Assembly: GCA_028534125.1 (NCBI GenBank)
Contig: CM052817.1
Location: 25,918,001 to 25,982,000 of the forward strand
Length of the DNA: 64,000 nucleotides
Direction of reading: 5' to 3'
Source of the DNA: Lama glama
Lineage: Eukaryota
The position numbers were made by a program, and so were the translations under genes. Shown one piece after another: positions 26,181 to 41,049 of the stretch; the stretch's first letter is position 1; each line of letters opens with the position of its first letter. The notes under the pieces were generated by a model. The model did not search any database. It saw only the letters and a list, made by a program, of their open reading frames with translations, and was not told where the DNA came from.

Positions 26181-28889
26181 AAAGAAATGGCAAAAAAAAA
26201 AAAAGATAGTTTTATTTGGGGAAATCAAGAGAAAATAGTAATTAACTCCTCTTCTTTTTAAATAGTTACTAATTGAACAAGTCAGTTCAAATACAGCAAA
26301 AGATTTAGGCAAAAATCACATAAAAGTTGAAACAAATTTAAAGCATAGTTAAGAACAACATGTAAGTTTTTCATGCTTTTACTTATAGGACTACTGGGAC
26401 ATAGATTTATCTTTGATGATTCTTTGAGGTAAATAAGGCAAATAGAATGATTCATCTCCAGTTTATAGGTAAGTGGAATTAAGTCAGACAAATACAACTT
26501 TTTGTCAGTTTTGCCATTTACTACCGGACACCTGGAATGAATTACTTAACTTCTCTGGCCCTTAGTTTCCCCAGGATGCCACTTGCCTCACAGGATTCCT
26601 GTGAGCATAAAGGCGGCACACCAGAACGGAACCTGGTCCACTGACTCCAAATCCCTTTCACAGTTCTCCACTTAACCACGACTGCCCCCTCAGAGTTTTC
26701 CTGCTTAAGGATCTACGCAAAAGTAGCCATACCCTACAACTAGCCACACGGTGTTTCCCTTCTCATTATTCCTGATACATCTGATCCTTGTGTGATTACA
26801 GGCAGGCACTGTGCCAGGGACTTAGGACACAAACATGAAAATGCCCTTATGAAGCTACTTGGGAGACAAATTAGTATATACAGAATTAAATACAAAACAG
26901 TGCTAAGACACAGCTAATCACCAAACTGAAAAAGCACCAGGAGCACCCAACACAGGGAGCCTTCAGGGACAGTTTACAAAGAAGAAACACCTGAAATGGG
27001 TCCCAAAATGAATAGCAGGAGATACTCTTCACAGTCATAGAAATCTGAGCTGGTACACACTGCTGTAAGTCCACACAGCAAGCCTGTCTACCTTACTCAT
27101 CACTGCATCTCAAGTTCAGGTCAACATGTCAGATAAGTAGATGCTTAATTAATACTGGCTGACCACATGAATGGTCATTCCTTCACATCTGGGCTCAGAA
27201 ACAGAGGTTCTTGATTATAGAAAATGAAATTCATAGTAGATTTGTTTTTAAACATTGTGTTTTAATTTAATTGAGATTAATTTTTTTGCCATGATCTTAC
27301 CTATTACTCTTTAAGAAATTTTAAGTGGGTATTAAATCAACACTGTATTATTTTAGAGGTAAATTATTAAAGTTGGCCCTTTATAATATGGTACTCTCTT
27401 GTCATATTACAATATTGTAGCTAGAAAAAGCAAAATACTTTCACTTTTAGTACAATACTTTCTCTTCTTTGGGGCTTTTCCCTGAAGCTGATTAATGGCT
27501 CTCCATGAACGCTAAGTTAAAACCTGCTGATCCACATACTCACACTACGCAAGCTAACTCACACCCATCTCAATGTCAGTACCACCTATAAACACACTGA
27601 TACCTCCTAAATCTTGCCTCCACTCTACACCTCCCAGTTCCATATCAGTGTAGCCAACAGTCTGCCATATACACCTCTACCCAAATGCACCAAGAGTGCC
27701 TCCAACTCATAAGGTCCAAAACTAAGCTCATATTCTTTTAGGACTGGCTTCTCTCCCTTTATTTCCCACTTCAATGCATAGCATCACCATTCATGCAAAA
27801 CAGAAGAATGGGCACTCTTTCCTCCTCATTCCAACCTTCTGAATCATCCCACCTAACCTAACCTCCCAAATACTGCTGTCCTTTTCCCTCTATTTCTATT
27901 GCCAATACCTTGACTTAGGGCTTCATTTATTTCTTTAACAAACTCTTAGATAAGGTTTACTCTGTGCCAGACAATTATTTAAGCACTTTAAAAAACTAAC
28001 TACTTAGATCCACATAACAAGTGTATGACATTCGTTAACTTCAATTTACAAACGAAAAAACTGAGAATACCAACAAGACATTTTCTAGTAAAAGTTTTGA
28101 AATTTAAGATGCTTCTAAATGTAAGCAAAAAGATCTTTTGCCCTCTCCTACCCTAAGATGTAAATAAAAATGCTACAACATTATTAGAGAGAAGCATTGT
28201 CTATCAGGCAGCCCAAATGTAATTTTAATATACTTAAGTCAAGACAAAGACCCCACCACGTACTCAAAAAAATCATGTATTTTTAGAAGTTTCCAACTAG
28301 GTTGGTTATAAATCTACTAGTAGAGTTAGAGATGAAAAAAATCTTTTTGCAATAAATACTCCTAAACCTGCACAGAAATAAGCTATTATAAAGACCTTTT
28401 AACTTTAAAAGGTCAAAGTACAGAAGCTGATATATATTTATTCTGAAGTATAACCAAATCGCTCTACTTACTTTTTTCCACTGTTGATGGGTTCAACCAA
28501 CAAACAAGTTATATTTGTCTACCAAAAATGCGAAGAGAAAGCAAATCATGCCACTGTGTTCACTTACTTTGAAGAGAACAGATTTTATGCAAAATAAGTA
28601 CTGTGGGGTGGTTGCCAAAATACTACGTTTTGGCTTTACTTCTCTATTTTGAAAGTAACAAAGAAATACATTTTTGATTAATATTTTTAAGTCATCCACC
28701 AAATCCACAAGCAGAAATTGATTATCATCAACACACTTTACAAAATCTATTTAAATGTAAAAATCATTTATCTTGAAAACCACTAAAAGGCAAAACTATA
28801 TATCTGACTAAAGTTGTATACTGATAGCAGTACAGCAAAGACAAATTATGAAATAATTTTAAAGTGGTTAAAATTATATTAAGGCCTTG

Positions 28890-29915
28890 TACTTTAAAAA
28901 CAAAAAGTAACTTCTTGTAATGCTTTCCTGTAAGATCAGGAGAAAGATCCACTCTTGCCACTCCTACGCAGCACTGTGACCAAAAAACCAATTAGGCAAA
29001 AATTTAAGAGGCAACTAGATTGGACAGGAAGAAGTAAAACTATCTCTATTTGCAGATGAAATAATCTTAAATAGAGAAAAGCTTAAGAAATCCACTAAAA
29101 AACTATTAGAACTCTACATGAGTTCTGCAAGGTTGCATGATACAAGATCAATACGCTGCAACCAACTGTATTTCTACATTGTGCAATGAACAATCCAAAA
29201 GTGAAATTAAGAAAATAATTCCACTTACAGTATCATCAAAAAGAACAAAATACTTAAGAATAAACTTAAGTGTAAAACCCACACTCTGAAAACTATACAA
29301 CATTCCTCAAAGAAATTAAGGAAGACCTAAACAAATAAAAGATAGCCCATGTTCATGGATCAGAAGATATTATGTTGTTAAGATGGCAATACTCCTCAAA
29401 TTGACTAACAGATTCAACACAATTCCTATCAAAATTCCAGTTAGCTTCTTTGCTGATTCTAAAATTCTTATGGGAATTCAAGGGACCAAGAACAGGGAAA
29501 ACAATCTTGAAAAAAAACAAAGTTGAAGGACACATTTACCAATTTCAAAGCTCACCATAAAGCTACAGTAATAAAAATAGTGTTACTGGCACTAGGGTAA
29601 ACAGATCAATGGAACAGAATTAAGTGTTAAAAAAAACAAAAAGACCCTCACATTTGCAGTCAACTGATTTTTTGACAAGGAAGCCAAGATAATTCAATGG
29701 GAAAAGAACAGTCTGCAAATGGTGTAGGAACAACTGGAGATCCAGTACAAAAAAATAAACTTGGACCTCTACTTCACACCATATACAAAAATTAACTTAA
29801 AATGGATCAAAGTCCTAAATGTAAAAGGTAAAACTATAAAACTCCTAGAAGAAAACAGAAGTATATATATTCATAACCTTGGATTAAGTCATGGTTTCTT
29901 AGATATGACACCAAA
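28890..29915 (+). mobile_element. L1M ORF2 fragment (decayed)
   Basis: tatctctatttgcagatga (SLFADD-like), catgttcatggat, gatcaatggaacagaat, acaccatatacaaaaattaact. Confidence 0.9.
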
Positions 29916-32609
29916 AGCTCTGAGGAAGTGATGATGTGAGACTTAAATGATGACAAAAAGGCAAAGAATTTCCATAGGAAGAAGTATTCCAAGAAGAGAA
30001 AATAGCAAGTATACAAGTTGGGACAGAACCAGCTTAACACACTCAAAGGACAGACAGATGAGATCAGAAAGGTCGGGAGGGGCCTTAGAGGCCAAGCACT
30101 AGTACCTATGGCAAAAATTACATTATAAAAGGGTGACTACATTACTCTGAGGGAGCATTCACATAATAAACTACAATGTGAAAGGTATCCCCCAGAATGG
30201 GGCAACCAAGCAGCTTAGATGTAGCCAGGCTTTCTTGACATCTCTTCAAAAAGGCTGTCCCTTAAGTCTCATGCATGTTTGATTCAACTTTGTGCACATT
30301 TTCAATAAATAATTATGCCAGTCAATGAATTACACATGCTGACTTCTAAAACATGGCATCTCTCAAATTTCATACACATTTTGAACAAATAATTAAATCC
30401 TCACAGCAATCCAAATCATTTACACAGCTACTTTTTTATTCTATTTATTTTAATTTCAATTCAATCCCTTTTTTAATAGGCATTATATTCACATGGTTCA
30501 AAAATTCAAAGAGGTAAAATATCTCCCTCCCACCCTGCCCTTAGACACACACTTCCCATCTTTGGAGGCAACAAATGTTATCAGTTAGTTCCTTGTGTAT
30601 CCTTCACATCTTCAAGCAAATACATGTACATTTTTTTCTCTTTTTCTACATAAAGTGGTAGCATATTTTACGTATTGTCCTGCACTTTCTTTTTTCACTT
30701 AATTATCTTGGCAATTGTTTCACATTAGGACATAAAGTGTTCTCTTTTATGGCTGCATAGTATTCTATTTTGTGAGTACAGTATTGTACTCCTGTACTGC
30801 TAACTTTAATTAGAAATGATTTGAGAAAAAGATGCAGCTCCCAGGGCAAGAGCTGCTAACCTTGCATCCAAAGAAGGGCTGCATAAGATATGTAAATCCC
30901 CTAAAATAGTGTGTATGTGTCTATATGTATTTCTGTGGGCAGAAAACTTGCACTCCATTCACCACATTATCAAATGGAGCTGTGATCCAAACAAAAGTTA
31001 AGAACTACTGTACAATATAACTTGTGCACAGGTGTTCAATAAACATATGCTGAATAGAATTTTGGTCTAGGGTTCTGCTAATTTGTGTACTAGAGACAGA
31101 AGGACTAAATTAAACACCAATACAATCCAAAACTCTACGTATTTTATAGAACTTCTTCCCTTTACAAACAGCAAAAGTGATCCATTTGACTCCCTTTTCT
31201 GAAACGGACTTTATTTTTCATCTGCACCATGAACAAGAATACTAAGAAAGAAAAGAACCAATTATTTAAAGTAACTGAATGATCAAAAGTTGACTATACA
31301 AGCTGTTGTTCACCAAACTGACAACATCAGAGGCATCCCTTAAAGTCTTTGTGATGTTCCACACGGTCCTTCCTGAGAAAATTAGATCATTAGTCACGTA
31401 GTTGTATATTGCCTACCACAAGCCAGACACCAAAATAGAAGCTCTACGTTATTTAATCCTCCAATCACTTAAGGCAATTTTATCTTCCCCCTTTTACAGG
31501 TATCAAACAGGATTTAAGAGGTTAAAGTAAAGCTATTTATTTGTTGAAAACCACTTAACCATTAAATGGCAGAGCAAGACCAAAACATCACCTCACTTTC
31601 ATCTTCAAGACTCCAAATCTCATCAACTCTCCACAATACCTGAAGTCTAAAATGTAATTATGACCATTTTAGAGAAGTGGTATAATGTAGTGGTCAGAAG
31701 AATCTAGGCTCTAATTGTAGTTCAACTATTTATTAGTTATGTCACAAATTGTTTAAACTTGAAAAGCCTCCTTTACCATCTGTAAAAATGGACTGCTGTG
31801 AGGTTTAAATGATAAAAGGTATGTAAAACAAACAGCTCACACACTGACCTGAAGAAGATACTTGTTACAAGGTGGCTATTATCATTATTTCATCCTTCGT
31901 TGGGTAAAAATATAAAGGCTGTAAGGTTTCCTAATCTGGCATAAAATTCCACACACCCCACCCCACTCCCAGAATGCTGGAATTATGACAAATGAGCTAA
32001 ACAGTGATTGAAAAATAATTATGTCTGATTATTAAATAGGTTCTGGCTTAACAGACCATCATAAGTTGTTTCTTAAATTATTTCAAACACATACTTGCAC
32101 CTATTGACATTCCAGTATGTTTTGAAGGCTGCAAAACTATTTCGCTCTCTATTTAAATGCTTTATGCAAAATTATGAGGGTTTTGTTTTGTTTTTTTTTT
32201 AAGATTATTTAACATCAGGTGGTAAGCGATGGCAGCTGTCAGATGTATTTCAGCTGTTTCTACTAGCTGTTCCCCCTCCCCTTGTAAACCATGTTCTCTC
32301 TTTGATTTCCATGAACTCATCTAAACAAACTAGAACACCCTCTCCTTGCCGTCAATCTCAAAATGACTCTATGGTGAGCGTTTCGCAGAGCTGTTAATGA
32401 CGAAAGTTGAAGGCCTGAGGCAACTTATCTATTAGAAAAGAAAGTTTGTTACATTTTTCTCCTTCATGACCCAAAACTTGAAATCAACTCTCTAGGCAGG
32501 ACTCAAACTGAGGTTCGAGGCAACGCTGAACAGGAAAAACAACTTTACAGCTAAGCCCAAATAATCACCTAACATTACTCCCTTCCTTTCTCCCTTCCCC
32601 CCAAGAGTG

Positions 32610-33210
32610 AAAAAAAGTGAAACCGCCGCACAGCACCAAGAGCCCTGCGCGCTGGCTGCGGCCGAGAGCTGAAGCCCCACGGAAAGCTGTGCGACCAGTG
32701 CCCCTTCCCTGCCTTCGCTCCTCTCCGGAGCCACGCATCGCGGTCCTCCCCGACCCTCCATACCAGGCGTGCCCGGTCCACACCCAGCCTGCAAACTCTC
32801 CCCAGCCCCCGAGCCGCACGGCCTCCCCCGGGGGCTCACCATGGCAGCCCACGGACGAAGGCGCGGCGGACAGGCCGGCCGGCGGGCGAATCCGTTACCG
32901 GGGCTCGCGGTCCCTTCGCGCCAACAACTTCTCCCGCGAAGTAGAAGGAGGTCGAGGCAGCGGCGCCCGGTGATGACGTCAGGAGGCGCACAGCTTCCTC
33001 TCGGCCGGGGCGGGAGGCGGGAGAAGCGACGTGGGCCCAGGTGCCGCCCCTGAGGCCGGCGGGCCGCTGTCCTCGCGAGGAACGGCGGGACCCAGGCCCG
33101 CGCCCAGATTTTTTGCCTTCGGCTTTTGGCGGGGGCGCTGGAGTAGGGAGCTTCCGAGATTGGCTTCCTCGGTTCCTCCCGGATACACGTTTGAGGGGTG
33201 CGTTGCCCTA
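32610..33210 (-). promoter_or_regulatory. CpG-island promoter and 5' UTR of RFC1
   Basis: The only CpG-dense segment in the window. It contains E2F-like TTCGCGCCAA (32915-32924) and TTTTGGCGGG (33124-33133), a full CRE TGACGTCA (32974-32981), a GC box GGGGCGGG (33007-33014) and ATTGG/CCAAT (33159-33163). Confidence 0.88.
32840..32842 (-). CDS. RFC1: RFC1 coding exon 1 (initiator ATG only)
   Basis: Minus strand reads gggctgccATG|gtgagc inside the CpG island: a Kozak-type ATG directly followed by a GTGAG donor. It splices in phase 0 to the DIRKFF exon. Confidence 0.9.
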
Positions 33211-33993
33211 CTTAGTAACTTTAAAATGTTTCTATTACCAGCCGCAGTAAGACACATTTTAGGTGTATTATGTTTCATATATTACATCTCAGTATCTATT
33301 CTGAACAAGAATTTCATCAAACAGTATTTACCCTGATTTTTTTTCCTTAAATGTTTGCCCTACCAAGTTGTTTTTTTCGTCCACTTCGAAGTGGAGATCC
33401 GCAGTTTGAAAACTGTCTGGCTAAAGGACAATTTTATGCTGTATACTTCCAGAACAAAAAAGAATTAGGTAAAATCATCTAGTCATTACCACCCACTCCA
33501 TTTTATAAATGAAATAGGCCCAAACAAGCTAAGGTGCCTAGGCTGGGAATCTAGGCCTACAAATTATTAAACCTGCTCTAAGTCCCTCAAAGGGGTGTGT
33601 CTATGTGTCTGTGTGTGAGTGAAGCCAAGGGATGACAAAGTATGTCTATAGAAGAACAATGATCCCGAAAGCTTTGGAGTAAAAAGGTTTTATATTAATA
33701 GATAACCAATTGAACTGTGGAATAGAAAGTGACATTTACATACAATTTTAAGAGAAAAACGTGAGACCTTTAGGAGTTTAGTGGGGAGAGCAATATCTCC
33801 CTCCAGCTTTGGCCCCAGACTTTTAAATCCTTGTCCGTCCACCCACCCACCCCTTGTTCCCTCTTGCATTTTATCACACCCATCTCTTTACAATGAAAGA
33901 TAGTAAAGCCTTCTGGGGTAAAACACAGGCTAAGCATGGAGAACTCACATTTATTAAATGGCCACTATAATATGTTCCAGACATGCAGCTATG

Positions 33994-34172
33994 TTTTTTT
34001 TTTTTGATGTATAGTCAGTTTACAATGTTGTGTCAATTTCTGGTGTACAGCACAACGCTTCAGTCATATATGAATATACATATATTTATTTTCATATTCT
34101 TTTTCACTATAAGCTACTACAAGATATTGAATATGTTTCCCTGTGTTATACAGTATAAACTTGTTTATTTTA
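33994..34172 (-). mobile_element. Young L1 3' fragment
   Basis: Poly-T followed by the reverse complement of the same 3' end; perfect 16-bp TSD cagacatgcagctatg (33978-33993 / 34173-34188). Confidence 0.9.
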
Positions 34173-34999
34173 CAGACATGCAGCTATGGACTATCCCAGT
34201 TTAACTCATCTAATACCTACATTGATACTGGCAACTATTATTATCTCCAATTTACAAAGGCGTAAACTGGAACTAATGAACAGGGCCTCATTGCATGGGA
34301 CCCTCTGAAGCCAGTGTGCTTGTGTTCCTAGCCCTACCACACTAATTATGTGACCACGGGGAAGTTACTATGGCTCAGTTTCCTCATCTGTAAAGTAAAG
34401 ATAATAGTACTATGTTCTTCATAGGGTTATTGTGAAATTGTTCCTGGCATATAAGCAGGTAGTAATATTTTTTCAAGTCAGCTGTTATTATTACACAAGG
34501 CTAGGTATTATCAAGGGAGATAGTTCAAAAAACAAACTTACCTACTCCATAATTTTGCTTAGGGAAATATTTGATTAGGGAGAAGGGGATTCATCAGATC
34601 CTTTGAGAAATCAATAAAAACTATGAACCAAAAAAATTAAATGAAATAATTTTTAAATAAATAAAAACAAAAACTATGAACCTAGTCTCCAGAAAAATGT
34701 ACATAGCAAACACATCATGTAACTTTTTACCTATAACTTCAGAGAACCTAAACCAATTTACAGTGTTCATTGTGTTATAAATAAGTGAATAAGATATATT
34801 TTAAAAATCTTACGTATCTTTTACATTATACTACTTTAAACTTTTGCATTTCTTCTTCAGTATTTTGAAGGCTTCCTTGAATTTGGGTGAGACCTAAGTC
34901 AGAAGACTGTAACTTTCAGAAAGATACTGAACTGAATTTGTTGGATTGTTTAGGAACATTTACTTGGAAATATTTTATCTCAGAAAAGTACCAGATTAA

Positions 35000-35430
35000 A
35001 AATGGCTGTATGTGCTTTCATACTCCTCCTCCAACATGAGATGACCTGTGACTGATTTGACCAAAGAATATGGTGGGAATAATGCTATGACAGTTCCAAA
35101 TCCAAGCTTTCAGAGGACTAGCAGCTCCCACCTTGCTCTCTTGGAACCTGAGCCACCCTGTAAAGCAGGAGAAGGCACCAGTCAAGCCCAGGTTTACAGC
35201 CATCTCCACCAGGTACCGGGCTTGTAAGTGAAACCATCTTGGACCCAGGATACCAGCTGCTAGTGGAAGTCCACCACGTGACCCAAGTCAACACTACATA
35301 GAGCAGAAAAATCACCTACTCAAGGCTTGCCTAAATTCTCTGACTCACAGTAGTTTGAGGATAATAAAATGATTGTTCTTTTAAGGTATTAAGTTTGGGG
35401 ACATTCTGTTGTAAAGTGATAGATAACCAG
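35000..35430 (+). mobile_element. MaLR LTR (MLT1F/G-like)
   Basis: ttgctctcttggaacc..gccaccctgtaa...aaaatgattgttcttttaag..gatagataaccaga. Confidence 0.65.
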
Positions 35431-37631
35431 AGCAGAAATGTTTTAAAGAACCCAAAGGGTAACCAAAAAATAAGCATGAACAGAATATGCATGCTTATTT
35501 TCTCCGCTGTGGTGATTTTTCACTGATGCATCATTCAACAAATATTTATTGAGCATCTGCTCTGTGTTGGCACCTTTTTATGTGCATGCTGGGAACCCAT
35601 GCATAGTAAACAAGACAGACAGGCCCAGCTTCCCTGAAGTTTATATTTTTGAAGAAAAGAGAAAAACAAGTCAGTAGACAAAAATAAATGCTATACCTTC
35701 AAATAAGGGTAAGTGCTATAAAGAAAGGGTTTATAAGATTTTAAGCCAAAAGACTGCTATGATCCCATCATTTTCACACTTTGTATTTTATGACCAAAAA
35801 GAAAAAAAATTACAATGTATTTTATGGGAAAATATGATACTCATTTGTTTTCCATGGCAGAGAAATCTGATGAGTGCTAGGAGATTGCCAAATGTGATTT
35901 TTTTCAATTTTGTCTATAGCAGAGCAGCAGTCTCCTGTTAAGTTTGTTTATACATAATAACTACATCGGACTTTAACCCTTCCTGGGCACTTTTCCATAA
36001 CAGTGTCTAGTTGGAATTTCTTCGAGGCAAAAGACCAGCCTGTGTACCCCTACCGTCTCTATGTGGCCTTTCTTTGACCATAAGAATAAGATGATAAAAG
36101 GTCATAACTACTCCCACGTCTCAATATTAACTGAAAGACTGCAGTGATGCATCTCCCAGAGACTGAGATTACATGAAGAAAGAATAGAACAAATGCGGGC
36201 TGTGTAGATAGTCTTTTAGAGAGGCAAAGAAAAGTCAGTGATGTAAAACATTAGCTAACAAAGATTCCTTGAGTGTTTTCTTAAAAGTATTTTCATCAAA
36301 ACTATTTCCTCATGTTTTCTTTAGTCTGCTTTCTTTAATTCAGTTCTTCTTAGTATAAATGTTTCTGAAACCAGCTGATGAGTAAATAAGACTAATGCTT
36401 TGTTTGTAGAGTAACATTGGTAACAGATAATACAGCAATTGGATAAGCACTGCAGTCTCCAGAATTAAGAGTGTCTATTAAAAGTCTAAAATATTTTGTA
36501 AAATATTTTTTCTTTTAATAATAGTTTGAGACCTATCACAGAGAAGACACATTTTAAGAAATACATTATATATTGGATCTGATCACCTAATGCTCACTGG
36601 CCTTGTCTTAATCCTTAAAAGAAAGGACTTCAGGGAAAACTTTGTCAGCAAAGCCAATTTTGTGAAAGTTAGGGCTCTCTTTCCCTCCCCCACTTAAGGA
36701 TATACCACTGGCAGAAGAACTGCTAACATTCCATGAAGAACTCTTTCTCCCAAAACTTATTAATATTGACATGAATGTGTCTAGTAATATGTTTCTAAAT
36801 TTGTGAATAATTGGATTATGTGAATAATAATTGGCTATCTTTCCATAACATATACAGAGAGTTAAATTGTTGCCTTCCTGAAACTGACTAAAAGCCCTGT
36901 GTTAGTTAGAAAGTGCATGACTTGAATTTTGGTCATCCTTTATAATCTAAGTAACTATTGCCATGTGTAAGTAGAAAACAATTGCAAAGCACAATATAAA
37001 TTCTCAGTGTTAATGCCTGTGCCTTACTTAACTTATCTGTGTGATAGGAAGAACTCTTTACAAATGGAGTCAGTTTGAAATGCTTTTCAGAACCACAATA
37101 GTTACATTGTCTTTCCCACAGACTTTTATAAGTTAACAGAAATCAATCGAATTTTCACTGTGCAACAACAAATGTGACTTTCTGCCCTCTGGACAAATAT
37201 TAGCATGCCCTGCTTTGTCAGAATTTGTTGGAACATTTTCCTTATAGAAAACAGCCTATTAGGCAGCTTGTCTTTTTCTGTGTTTGTGATGCCTGCAGAG
37301 ATCCAGAACAGTGATACTGATCTTGTAATCCATTTATGAACATAACATTAGGTCATAATCTGTCAGCATTAAAGTGCACATGTTCTAACTTAGGAAATTA
37401 GGCACTATGTCATTTATCTTAATTATCTGATGATATCCAGTTAATCTTCTCAATATGATTATGCTTGAGTAATTAAAGTTTTATAAACTTGCCTGATGAT
37501 ACCCTATAAATACAAAAAAGTTTGTTTCCTTAATAAAGCAGTATCTTCACTTAGATTAGAAGAAACATTTACTTTTAAATTGTAAATTTAACAAAAAGTT
37601 TGTAACTTTACTATTGACATACACATTTGAT

Positions 37632-37639
37632 TATATATA

Positions 37640-37673
<34 letters not shown>

Positions 37674-37686
37674 TATAAATATATAT
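37632..37686. repeat. Compound (TA)n(CA)n microsatellite
   Basis: Read directly from the sequence. Confidence 0.9.
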
Positions 37687-39349
37687 AATGTATTTTAAAT
37701 TGCGGATTAATTCCCTGAAATATTCATCGACAACTTTAAAGGTATTTATAGACAGAGCAACAGGAATGCCAATAGCATTTTGTGGTGATAGTAGATTTTA
37801 TGATTAGGATAATCTTTCCTTCTCCAAGTCCTACAAATCAAAATAATTCTACAACTGTTGTTGTTTCACAGAAATAATGAGACATAGCAAATAAAAGAAA
37901 CTGCCATCAGCTATCTGAGAACTGTTGCTGTAGTAAGGAAGGACCACATACCTGGATATTATATACCTTTAAGACTCTTGAGAATCTGAGTTTCTATAAT
38001 AAGATAACACCCAAAATTTTAGTTCATATTTCAATAACATTTGAAATGAAAGTATTTTTGAACTTCCATGGAAATCTTACAGGTCATCTTTCTTGACATG
38101 CAATTTAAATAGAACTGAATATAATCACTGTTTTTAGAAGGTTGTGTATATTAGAGGTAAAAAAGCTTTTAAATGAACACAAGTCAGAATAGAAAAGATG
38201 CATGAAAAAGCAATTCCAATAAATTCATATTTTTCATAAAATATACAACAAAATCTTATTCAAGTGAAGTCTGATTCATTGCCATAAAAAGAATATAAGC
38301 AATGCTTTTTAACATATCTTTAAACTGCTAGTTCATATAGGAAGGTCTAACCTTGCTTTAAGGCAAAGTCAAGTGCTTTGGACTCTATATTTTAAAATGT
38401 TATACCTAGTTTGATGCCTTTATATAAATATTATCATTAGCTCTGGGATAGTGAGAAGCACTGTAATTGGTAAAGTAAATACAGCGTATCACTAATGCCT
38501 AGGCTTCTCTAGACATTTTTCAGAAAATATTTGTTATAGTTTAAGAGTATGATTTGTAAAACTTAACATTTCTATATGTTGAAACACATTATAATTGAAT
38601 ACTACCTCTTTTCTCTTTCTCTACCATGTATGCATAATCTAAATCTGATCATTAAAAAACATCAGACAGACCAAAATTGAGAAATATTCTACAAATTAAC
38701 TGACCAAGATTAAGCAACAGTGCCAAAGTAAGGAAAGATGGAGGAACTATCACAGATTGGCGAGGACTAAAAACACACAGTAACTAAATGTAATGTGGGA
38801 TCCTCGACACAAAAGACATTAGAAGGAAGTAAGGTAAAATTTGAATAAGGTCCATACCTTATTAAGTAGTAGCATAGCATAATATTCTGGTTTTGACCAT
38901 TGCAAATGATCATGTAAGTTAACATGAAGCAAAACTGAGTGAAGAATGTGTGTGAACTCTCTGTATCGCTTTGCAATTTTCTATAGTATAATTTATTTTA
39001 AGTTAAAAGAAAAAGATGACCCCAAGGTGGACAGCTGTGGTGTTGAACAAACAGGATCAGAGACAGGAAACAGAATTTGGTTTTTGGATGTGTTAAGTCT
39101 GAGATGGATTTTAGACGTGGCTGAAAAAGTGGAATGAAAGAAATAGTCATGAGCAAAGAAATCAGAAAATTTATATTTATGCCCAAATAATGTATAACAT
39201 GGCTATGAATCTTAGTAAAATTTTTAAGGATTCTTTGTTTTAAAAAATTGAAGGTGTAATTCATAAATTATTAATAATTTGGAACATAAGTCTCTATGAT
39301 TTCAACAAAGCTTTTCTTCATGAGAAGTGTTTCTTGATGAAACACATTC

Positions 39350-40280
39350 TGCACTTGGCTTCAAGGGCATCTGTAGTCTCCAGATTTTCTTCCTTCTTCA
39401 GTAGCCACTCCTCGGACTCGGGTTCTGTCGCTCCGTTTAGTGTTTGATTGCCCCATGGCTTGTTTCTATACACAATGCCTGGTGATTTCATCCAGTCTCA
39501 TAGCCTTACATACTGCATGAACACTGACACTTCCAAATTTCCATCAACTGATAATTTTCCTATAAATTTCAGACTTACAAATCCATTTTCAACTTCATAC
39601 CTCCCCTTGGCTGTCTAATAGATACATCAAAGTTAATAAGTCCAGTACTCTTCATCTTCCCTCAGAAACTTGCATCTCAGTTAATAGCACTTCGATCCTT
39701 CCATTTGCTAAGGTCAAAATTTTTGAACTAATTCTTGACTTTTTCTCTCTCCCTCTCCCACTCCCTGTCCCTCCGCCTCTCTCACGCACACACACGCAGA
39801 GACATACACAACAGACACATATCCAAGCCATCAGCAAATTCTGTTGGCGCTACTTCCAAAAAATAACCAAAACCTAACAAATCTCACTACTTCTACCAGT
39901 AACATGCAGGTCAAGCCACAGTTAGCTCTCCCCTGGCCCTGACTCTGCTTTTGACCCCCTTACAGTACATTCTGAACACAGCAGCCAGATTGATTATTTT
40001 GCAATATGAGTTAAATCATGTCACTCTCTGCTGAAAACTCTCCAATGCTCCTCTTCTCACTAAGAGTATAAGACAAATTCATCCCCATCCCCCTACACTA
40101 TCTAGACCCATTACCGCTCTGTACTTACTGCCTACTATTCTCAGCCACACTGATCTCCTCATTATTTCTTGAAGGTACCAGACATGCTTCTGCTGCAAGG
40201 GCTTTTCACGCACTACTCACTCTCTAACTGGAGGCTCTTCCCTCAAATATCTGCATAGTCTACCTCATCACCAGTGCAAA
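39350..40280 (+). mobile_element. L2 LINE fragment
   Basis: atccagtctcatagcc, tggctgtctaatagatacatcaa, acacagcagccaga, agggcttttcac. Confidence 0.75.
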
Positions 40281-41049
40281 ACCTCTGCTCACAATCAGAG
40301 ATGACCAAACACCAGTATGATGGTAAGAGTCAGCAGAAAGAACAAAAACCAGATTTAGATTCCAAATAATTGGCAATTCAGAAAATACAACAGCTATAGA
40401 TGGGATATTTACAGATATAATGACAAGAGGAACATTGCCTCTTTTGGCCTTCAGTGTAGGAAACAGAAATCACTCTGGGTATTTCACTCAGAAAAGGGTA
40501 TTGTTTTGTTATTTTTTTTTTACAAGGAATCTGGCATTTAATATGTTGGAGGGGCAGGGGCTGAAGAAATAAATTCAGACACCATCACTAGACTTTCGGC
40601 TTTAAGGTCACACTTGGAAACTGCAGCTTCCGTTGCTGCTATCACTACCACTGCCAATGCCATGGCCTCTCACACTTGTGAATTTAGAGACAGTCCAGGG
40701 AATGTGGAGCTGACCGTACAGCCACTCATGATACCAGAGATGGTCCTACCTATCTACCGCCAGAGAAAGCATCGCCTCTGTCTCCTTTCAAAAGTTTGTT
40801 TGAAAATGATCCTCGATTTTTTTCAAGTTGTTTCATTGATAGTGCTTCACACTATAGCCCACAAACACGTTAATCATTTAATATTCTTGAACTTTTCTCC
40901 TGTTTGGATATACAAAATAGAATGTTGGTAAGAAAACAGCCTTTAAAAAATTTTGAAGAAAAACAAAAGAATAAAAAGAAGAAGATCCCAACCTAGAACT
41001 CTTAACCCAGCCAAACAACCAAACAAACGTGTGGCGGAAAACACGTGTA

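Noticed and set aside
32492..33336. Cluster of GC-rich ORFs on both strands, including an antisense caccATGg at 32841
   Set aside because: Stop-codon scarcity is expected in a CpG island. The plus-strand Kozak match is simply the reverse complement of the RFC1 ATG plus splice donor, and 32492..32842 is read-through into intron 1.
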